Source of the DNA: Candidatus Zhuqueibacterota bacterium
Lineage (GTDB): Bacteria > Zhuqueibacterota > Zhuqueibacteria > Thermofontimicrobiales > Thermofontimicrobiaceae
DNA: 64,000 nt
Direction of reading: 5' to 3'
Assembly (NCBI GenBank): GCA_049322915.1
Contig: JBMOPW010000014.1
Coordinates: 794,764-858,763 of the forward strand
Position numbers and translations under genes: made by a program. Under the pieces are notes generated by a model that saw only the letters and a program-made list of their open reading frames with translations, searched no databases and had not been told where the DNA came from. Below are positions 58,019 to 64,000 of this stretch, piece after piece (the first letter of the stretch is position 1; each line of letters opens with the position of its first letter).

Positions 58019-58771
58019 TTATAAAATTAATCCTAAAATAAAAGAAGTAAAAATGAATAAAAGAATCATTATGTCGATTGAGAGCGCGCGTTTCCGCGTC
58101 AAAAAATAGGCTGCAATTGAGGACGCTATAAAAATTAACGCGCCCTGCATCGGGTGCGGTTGATTGGAAATCAGCAGCGTCACGATGAGCATTTCAACTG
58201 CCAGCAGCAGGGTGAATAGAAATTTCAGCGCGCGGAAATATTTCTGAGTGCCCCGCATGGACAGGTCCCGCACAATGTCGAATCCCTTCAGATAGCTTTT
58301 GAGCAGACCGCGAATTCGAATGAACAGATGCAAGGCATTATAGCCCAAAAAGAAAAGCAGGGCGCCCCAAACACCAATGCTGTACAGCAGAACCACGCCA
58401 ATGATCCCCATGGCCGGTCGGAATAGCTGCCAGAACAGCGTGTCGCCGATGGCCCCCAGCGGACCAATGATACGCGTCTTTAGAATTCCGACGGAACGTT
58501 TGTCCTCCCAGCGTTTTTGGATGGCCTGCTGTTCAATATTGGCGACGGCTCCCAGCGCATACGTGACCATGTAGGGATGGGAATTGAAAAACTCGAGGTG
58601 GCGATTTAAAAAATTGACCAGTTCCTCCCTGTCCGTAAACAGCCGCCTGGCAACGGGAATCAGACAAAAGCAGAAACCCAATCCGATCATTCGTTCGCTG
58701 TTCCAGCTCGCCTGGATGAAAAACGAGCGGAACAGCATATTGAGGACATCTCTTTTTCTTATCTGAGCCAT
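58019..58771 (-). CDS. PTS mannose-family EIID component
   Basis: IQASWNSERM, RHLEFFNSHPY and GPLGAIGDTLFW motifs. Confidence 0.92.
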   Translation of the reverse strand: MAQIRKRDVLNMLFRSFFIQASWNSERMIGLGFCFCLIPVARRLFTDREELVNFLNRHLEFFNSHPYMVTYALGAVANIEQQAIQKRWEDKRSVGILKTRIIGPLGAIGDTLFWQLFRPAMGIIGVVLLYSIGVWGALLFFLGYNALHLFIRIRGLLKSYLKGFDIVRDLSMRGTQKYFRALKFLFTLLLAVEMLIVTLLISNQPHPMQGALIFIASSIAAYFLTRKRALSIDIMILLFIFTSFILGLIL

Positions 58772-58833
58772 TGTTCACGTGATTGGCGAGTGATTAACGC
58801 GCTGCTTCCTGATTTGAATCGGTCAAATGTCTA

Positions 58834-59538
58834 TTATAAAAATCGCACCAGCGCCATGATGATTAATCCGATACCCAGTACAGATAGAAAATGCCACTTC
58901 GTTTCACGGTTGAGAAAAAGCGTGGCGACCGCGCCGAATCCCAATCCCAATAAACTATATTTTGCCAGTCCGAACGCTGCATCAAATTTTGGATGAATGG
59001 AACTGACAATGGAAGGGAAGAGCAAGACGCCGATTGTAAAAAAGAATCCGACGAGAAAAAATCCCGTCACGAACGAATAGCCCAGCCCTGACAGATTCAG
59101 CCAGTGAATGCGCGACAGATCGGCGCGGCTGGCGGCGTCATCGGCGGCATGCTGCAATGAAATATTGACGCGTCGGACGAGCGTCACCAGCAGCCCCCCG
59201 ACGTAACTGACGCCAAGACTGTAAATTACTGAAACGAAGATTATTATATTGTCGGTCGAAATGTCCCGGGACTTGAGATAAATTGCCAGCGCCGTGGCCG
59301 TCACTGCGCCGAGATTTCCTTCGGAACCATGGGCTCCGCCGCTGGGAATGTCGACCAGCCAGGGCAATTCCAGCAATATCCCCAGAATCAATCCAATTTC
59401 CGGGTAGCCAAATATCAGCCCGATTACCGGACAGGAGACGACCGGCTGTGAAATCATCACCTGCCAGCCGGCTGTGGTGTCCACCGATACCAGACCGCCA
59501 ATCACACTGATGATCAAAATTGCCGGGAATAGGTCCAT
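58834..59538 (-). CDS. PTS mannose-family EIIC component
   Basis: Hydrophobic protein with D....QVMISQPVV, G..LG.LLEL.W..IP.GG; adjacent to EIID. Confidence 0.85.
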   Translation of the reverse strand: MDLFPAILIISVIGGLVSVDTTAGWQVMISQPVVSCPVIGLIFGYPEIGLILGILLELPWLVDIPSGGAHGSEGNLGAVTATALAIYLKSRDISTDNIIIFVSVIYSLGVSYVGGLLVTLVRRVNISLQHAADDAASRADLSRIHWLNLSGLGYSFVTGFFLVGFFFTIGVLLFPSIVSSIHPKFDAAFGLAKYSLLGLGFGAVATLFLNRETKWHFLSVLGIGLIIMALVRFL

Positions 59539-59701
59539 GGAGTTCCGCGCCCAATAAGTGTACACTGATGATGGAATGCAGCGCTACTGTCTGCGGCAGC
59601 GGCATTCTCAGCGCTTCGAATTCAGAAAATATCACAGCGACGAGCCGAACCTGGTATTGTCATGGGCTGTGCCTGCGCATTGTAAAACCGATGGCTCGGC
59701 G

Positions 59702-60673
59702 TCACGACTTTCGTTTCAAAATCCAGTCCAGCATGTCCGCCAGGTCGGATCGGGCAATGGACGCCGGTAATTTCATCAATTCCGAGTGGGCTTTTTTTAT
59801 TCCGGCATCCACGACGCGACGCGCTTCGGTCAATGTCCCTGATTTATCGAATATATCGCGCACAATGTCGATATCGGCCGCTGTGATTGTATTCTGGTGA
59901 TAGATTTTTATCAGCGAATCGCGCATGGCAGGGGAGGCGCCATTCAACGCATGCACAAACAGATATGTCTTCTTTTTCTGTTTGATGTCGCTCCCGAACG
60001 TTTTGCCGGACGTCAACTCGATATCGATGAGGTCGTCCTGAATTTGAAATGCATTGCCCAGTTGACGGGAAAATTCCACCAGAATCCGGCGCTGGCTCGA
60101 GTCCGCGCCGCCGATGATCGCGCCAATCTCAGAGGCTGTCATGAGTAAAATAGCCGTTTTCTTCTCGATCATTTCCATGTAGCGGCCCAGATCGATGTCG
60201 AAGCGATTCTCAAATTCTTTGTCCAGCGCCTGGCCTTCGCACAGCTCGATGATGCCTGATGTGAAAATATCGCAGATGTCTTTGAGTTGAGCGGTTTCCG
60301 TTTTGAGCAAATACTGATAAGCCAGCCCCACCAGCCCGTCGCCGACCAGGATGGCGGTCGCTTCATCCCATTTTTCGTGGACTGTCTGCCGACCGCGGCG
60401 CATGTCATCGTGGTCCATGATATCGTCGTGAACCAGCGTGAAGTTGTGCAGAATTTCAATGGCCAGGGCTGCATTTAAACTCTGCTCTGCGCGTCCGCCC
60501 ACTGCTTCGCACGAGAGCAGAACGAGTATTGGCCGGAGGCGTTTCCCGCCGGCGCTCATCACGTACTGCACCGGCGTATAAAATGATTCCGGCGTTTCTT
60601 TGTTCGAGACAGCCGCTAACTTTTGGTTGATGAGTTCGCGGTACTGATTGATTCGGGTGAAAAATTCATCCAT
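59702..60673 (-). CDS. Polyprenyl diphosphate (GGPP-type) synthase
   Basis: GGKRLRP, LVHDDIMDHDDMRRG, EGQALD, KKTA and FQIQDD motifs. Confidence 0.93.
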   Translation of the reverse strand: MDEFFTRINQYRELINQKLAAVSNKETPESFYTPVQYVMSAGGKRLRPILVLLSCEAVGGRAEQSLNAALAIEILHNFTLVHDDIMDHDDMRRGRQTVHEKWDEATAILVGDGLVGLAYQYLLKTETAQLKDICDIFTSGIIELCEGQALDKEFENRFDIDLGRYMEMIEKKTAILLMTASEIGAIIGGADSSQRRILVEFSRQLGNAFQIQDDLIDIELTSGKTFGSDIKQKKKTYLFVHALNGASPAMRDSLIKIYHQNTITAADIDIVRDIFDKSGTLTEARRVVDAGIKKAHSELMKLPASIARSDLADMLDWILKRKS

Positions 60674-60926
60674 GCAACACCTTTAAAAAGTGGAAGCATA
60701 CAGAAACAGATCCTGTTCCGCCGCCTGAAAATAAAAACGCTGTTTTATTCAATGAACGCACAATCGGTGTGCGACGCCTTGAAAATTGAATGAGCGCCTG
60801 CCAGGAAGGGAAGGCTCTCATTCTGTTGAGGTAGAATTAAATAATAGAAAAGAGGAAATGAATGGGAATCCATGTCCTCTTGATGTCATTGGATAATTTT
60901 TAACTATTCAGCCAGGAAGTCTCTAA

Positions 60927-61087
60927 CCTGAATTATTCATGAACTTGCTCAGAATTTGAGTCGACATTTAGATTTTCAACTAGCTAAAGGCTAAGCTATT
61001 TTGAAACTCAGTTTTTATACGTTTATTCTAAAAAGAGCACCATTCAGGTTAGCCAGCCTCCTTTAAAAATACTATGAATAATGCAGG
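60927..61087 (-). mobile_element. MITE family A, copy 3 (161 bp)
   Basis: CTAA|CCTGAATTATTCAT ... ATAATGCAGG|CTAA. Confidence 0.92.
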
Positions 61088-61597
61088 CTAAGACACAAAG
61101 AATTAGTTATATCGAAAATTATTAATTCTGAAAAGCTGAATTTGGTTTTGGAAATGAAATTGAATCGTTAACGCCCAAAAATCAAAGGTGAAAATCTGTT
61201 CCCGATTTAAATGTCGGGGCTATTCAAGGTGTCTGACTTTTAATTTTTTCAATTGAATTGCCACGTCATTGATGACGTGGAAACGATATTATAACCACCG
61301 TATCAAAGCCTTTTCAGAGTCGACCCGGGAATGAAAATGAAATTGACATCTTCGTGACCAGGCGTTTTTGTGGCAAGAATCCATGCCTGACTTGTTACGG
61401 ATAATTAAAAATATTTGTAATAAAATAATTGACTTAAAGATAACAAAGATTCCCGTGAGAATCAAGTAAAACTTTTGACAAAAATGGCCAATGTCGCACC
61501 CGAAAAAGGGCTATTCCAAAGACCATTCAGGGTGCGCAGCGAAAGATGTGATCCTGTCATTTCATAACGGCAGGAGGCGCTCCGCCTCTGGCGCCAA

Positions 61598-62665
61598 TCA
61601 GACGACAGCCCCTTCATCGAACGACAGCGTCTTGTTGGTCGCATCCAGCGTCACCTGAATGCCATTGGGCAGGGTTGGCTTGTCCGCCTCGTGCCCCAGA
61701 TTCAGTCCGTACAGGACCGGGCAGTCCAACTGGCTCAGTCGGTCAATCAGCACTTCTTCCAGGCTGAACGTGCTGCTGAAGGCCGGCTTGTATTCGCTGG
61801 GCTGGCAATCCGGGCAGCGGTCGAACATGACGCCGGCCACGCGCGACAGTTTCCCGGAAAGGATGAGCTGAGTCAGCATGCGATCGATGTCGTACGGTTC
61901 CTCTCCGGTCTCTTCCAGAAACAGAATGGCGCCCGCCGTATCCACGTCGTAGGGCGTGCCTAACAGCGCGGTGAGCAGCGTGAGATTACCGCCGATCAGC
62001 CGGCCGGCGGCTTTGCCGGGACGAATCGTATTGAGATGGGCCGTCGGACGCAGCGCATTATCCGGCGCCGGGTGCTCGATGAGACCGACAGGGTCTGGCG
62101 ATGAGCAAATGTGAGTGAAGTATTTGAGCGTATATTTTGAAAAGCTGGAAATCGCCACCGGGCCATGAAATGTGATAAGTCCGGTCTGAGCGAAAATTCC
62201 CAGGTTGAGCGAGGTGATGTCGCTGTACCCGATAAAGATTTTCGGATGCTTTCGGATGAGTTGATAATCGATGAGGTTGAGCAGCCGCATGCTGCCGTAA
62301 CCGCCGCGCAGGGCGAAAATGGCTGTCACGCTTTCATCTTCGAACATTCGGTGCAGATCATCGACGCGGTTTTTATCGCTGCCGGCCAGGTAGCCGTACT
62401 TCTGGTCGATGTGCTCGCCCACTTTCACGCGATAGCCCAGCGATTGCAGCGTTTCCACGCCTTCGCGAATGGTGGCCGGTTCGAACGCGGCGCTGGCCGG
62501 GGCAATCAGCCCGACCGTGTCCCCCGGACTCAGTCGGCCGGGCTTGATGATTGCTTTTTGCTCTTCACTGCGAAGTAATTTGACTGGAGAAAGCGCTCCC
62601 AGCGCAGATGCAGCCGCGATTCCCCTGATGAACGTCCGACGGGTGAATTCGATTTTTCGGTTCAT
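61598..62665 (-). CDS. ldcA: LD-carboxypeptidase (peptidase S66) with Tat signal
   Basis: TRRTFI twin-arginine signal; RGGYGS, GYSDITS, GGNLT, ILFLEE and GH motifs; start refined to 62665. Confidence 0.88.
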   Translation of the reverse strand: MNRKIEFTRRTFIRGIAAASALGALSPVKLLRSEEQKAIIKPGRLSPGDTVGLIAPASAAFEPATIREGVETLQSLGYRVKVGEHIDQKYGYLAGSDKNRVDDLHRMFEDESVTAIFALRGGYGSMRLLNLIDYQLIRKHPKIFIGYSDITSLNLGIFAQTGLITFHGPVAISSFSKYTLKYFTHICSSPDPVGLIEHPAPDNALRPTAHLNTIRPGKAAGRLIGGNLTLLTALLGTPYDVDTAGAILFLEETGEEPYDIDRMLTQLILSGKLSRVAGVMFDRCPDCQPSEYKPAFSSTFSLEEVLIDRLSQLDCPVLYGLNLGHEADKPTLPNGIQVTLDATNKTLSFDEGAVV

Positions 62666-62734
62666 AATTCCATCAGAATAAAGGTGAGATGCCATTGCAA
62701 CGCTATGATTTGTATGAGCAAACCCGGTTTCGGT

Positions 62735-63193
62735 CTATTTGACTTTGACGATCATCTCTAACTCAACAGCCGCGCCCCGGGGGAGTTCGGCCATGCCCAC
62801 GGCGCTGCGCGAATGCGCGCCTTTTTCGCCGAAGACTTTCTTCAGCAATTCCGATGCGCCGTTGATCACAGCCGGCTGGTCGGTGAATCCCTCTGCGCTG
62901 GCGACAAATCCCGTGACTTTCACCACCTGCTCGATGCGATCCAGGTCGCCGATGACATTTTTGATGGCGCTGAGCGCATTCAACACGCACACAACTGCGG
63001 CCTGATACCCTTGTTCGGTGGTGAATTCCCGGCCCAGTTTTCCAATGAATTTCAATTCGCCTTTTTGCACTGGCAGTTGTCCCGACGTGAATACGAGGTC
63101 GTTCACCTGAACAGCCGGAATGTAAGCCGCCACCGGTTTTGGCGTTTCGGGAATTTCCAATCCCAGCGATTTAATGTTGTCTTCGATGCTCAT
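62735..63193 (-). CDS. Rid/YjgF family protein
   Basis: Start refined to MSIEDNIK at 63193 (AAGGA RBS); AAYIP, SGQLP, NGASEL and HSRSAVG..LP.GAAVE motifs. Confidence 0.92.
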   Translation of the reverse strand: MSIEDNIKSLGLEIPETPKPVAAYIPAVQVNDLVFTSGQLPVQKGELKFIGKLGREFTTEQGYQAAVVCVLNALSAIKNVIGDLDRIEQVVKVTGFVASAEGFTDQPAVINGASELLKKVFGEKGAHSRSAVGMAELPRGAAVELEMIVKVK

Positions 63194-63288
63194 GAGTTTA
63201 TCCTTTCGGTTAAATGAGAATGATACAGGGCTATTTGTACTGAAGTTATTAATAACAAGAATAAGTGAAAAAAGCAAGGAATTTTTAG

Positions 63289-63449
63289 CCTGCATTATTC
63301 ATAGTATTTTTAAAGGAGGCTGGCTAACTTGAATGGTGCTCTTTTTAGAATAAAAGTATAAAAACTGAGTTTCAAAATAGCTTAGCCTTTAGCGAATTGA
63401 GAATCTGAATGTTGACTCAAATTCTGAGCAAGTTCATGAATAATTCAGG
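63289..63449 (+). mobile_element. MITE family A, copy 4 (161 bp)
   Basis: TTAG|CCTGCATTATTCAT ... ATAATTCAGG|TTAG. Confidence 0.92.
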
Positions 63450-63603
63450 TTAGGGAAAGTGGTTTGAAGAGATGGTGACCATCTGCCCACATGAGCTTTT
63501 CAGCAGAAAATATTTCATCCAAAAATCAAAACAAAGAATGATTGACATTCAGGACGATGGTGTGTATATTGTATTGTAAATTTTAATATTGAATGAAGGA
63601 CTA

Positions 63604-63777
63604 ATGAAAAAAATTCGGCTGACAAAACATGCACGTGAGCAGTGTTGCGAGCGAGGGGCGACTGAAACCGAAGTGGTAAAAGCGATTAGAAATGGCATTC
63701 GTGAACCTGCGAAATATGGGCGAGAAATTTGCCGATTCAACTTTGATTTTAATCATAACGCGCTGAAGCGCACGTGA
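63604..63777 (+). pseudogene. Truncated DUF4258-like (putative RNase toxin) gene
   Basis: GAAGGA RBS; MKKIRLTKHAREQC.ERGATE.EV..AI..G..EPAK.GR fits the family N-terminus, but the ORF is only 57 aa and runs into short repeats. Confidence 0.55.
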
Positions 63778-64000
63778 AACGTCAAACGTAAAACGTGAGA
63801 CGAGTAAAACTGATTTGATTTCTTTGTTTGACTTTTCTCTTTTCACGATTCACCATGAATAACAGTATTTACGAGACACGTACTATTGTTTTTTGCACAA
63901 AAATGCAAAAGTTATTTAGTAATATGAATGACCAGTTGACAGCATGTGCAATAAATTCGATGCTTTTTTGTATCTGTAGTGGACGGTCGCGACCGTCCAC

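Noticed and set aside
63194..63295. N-terminal extension of the Rid ORF, and similar extensions of btuB, GH38, ahcY, hutH and aroQ in the ORF track
   Set aside because: Downstream starts have better RBSs and family-typical N-termini. The Rid extension starts inside a MITE.

Overview
Bacterial chromosomal window, probably from a non-Bacteroidota FCB-group lineage such as KSB1 or Calditrichota-like. This is inferred from many 'QNYPNPFN' T9SS-type C-terminal domains together with strong AGGAGG ribosome-binding sites. Positions 0.7-24.3 kb (minus strand) hold five secreted proteins. Four are paralogues sharing a ~900-aa C-terminal core (cohesin-like, Ig/FN3, dockerin-like, cohesin-like, T9SS CTD) with interchangeable N-terminal heads; the fifth is a small cohesin-FN3-CTD protein. 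GATC-led hairpin repeat (REP/BIME-like) clusters separate these genes, and three of them share a sigma28-like promoter motif. Next come xth, a TIGR01212 radical SAM gene, a cobalamin riboswitch-btuB-btuF-btuD-btuC uptake locus, a GH38 mannosidase, an SGNH-like T9SS protein, an orphan DNA methyltransferase, a DUF1460 protein, tRNA-Pro and rdgB. These are followed by a bL38-like small protein, an ECF sigma/anti-sigma/triad-less HtrA unit, holA, aroQ-pheA-GT4, a HutH-like lyase with an Ala-Cys-Gly MIO motif, and ahcY-metK. The window ends with a partial mannose-type PTS, a polyprenyl synthase, an LD-carboxypeptidase, a Rid protein and a truncated DUF4258 gene. Two site-specific MITE families are present (161 bp with TTAG duplication; 100 bp with TTAA duplication), one nested in the other. 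A candidate ~225-nt structured RNA lies upstream of metK. All domain calls come from reading motifs by eye; no database searches were run.
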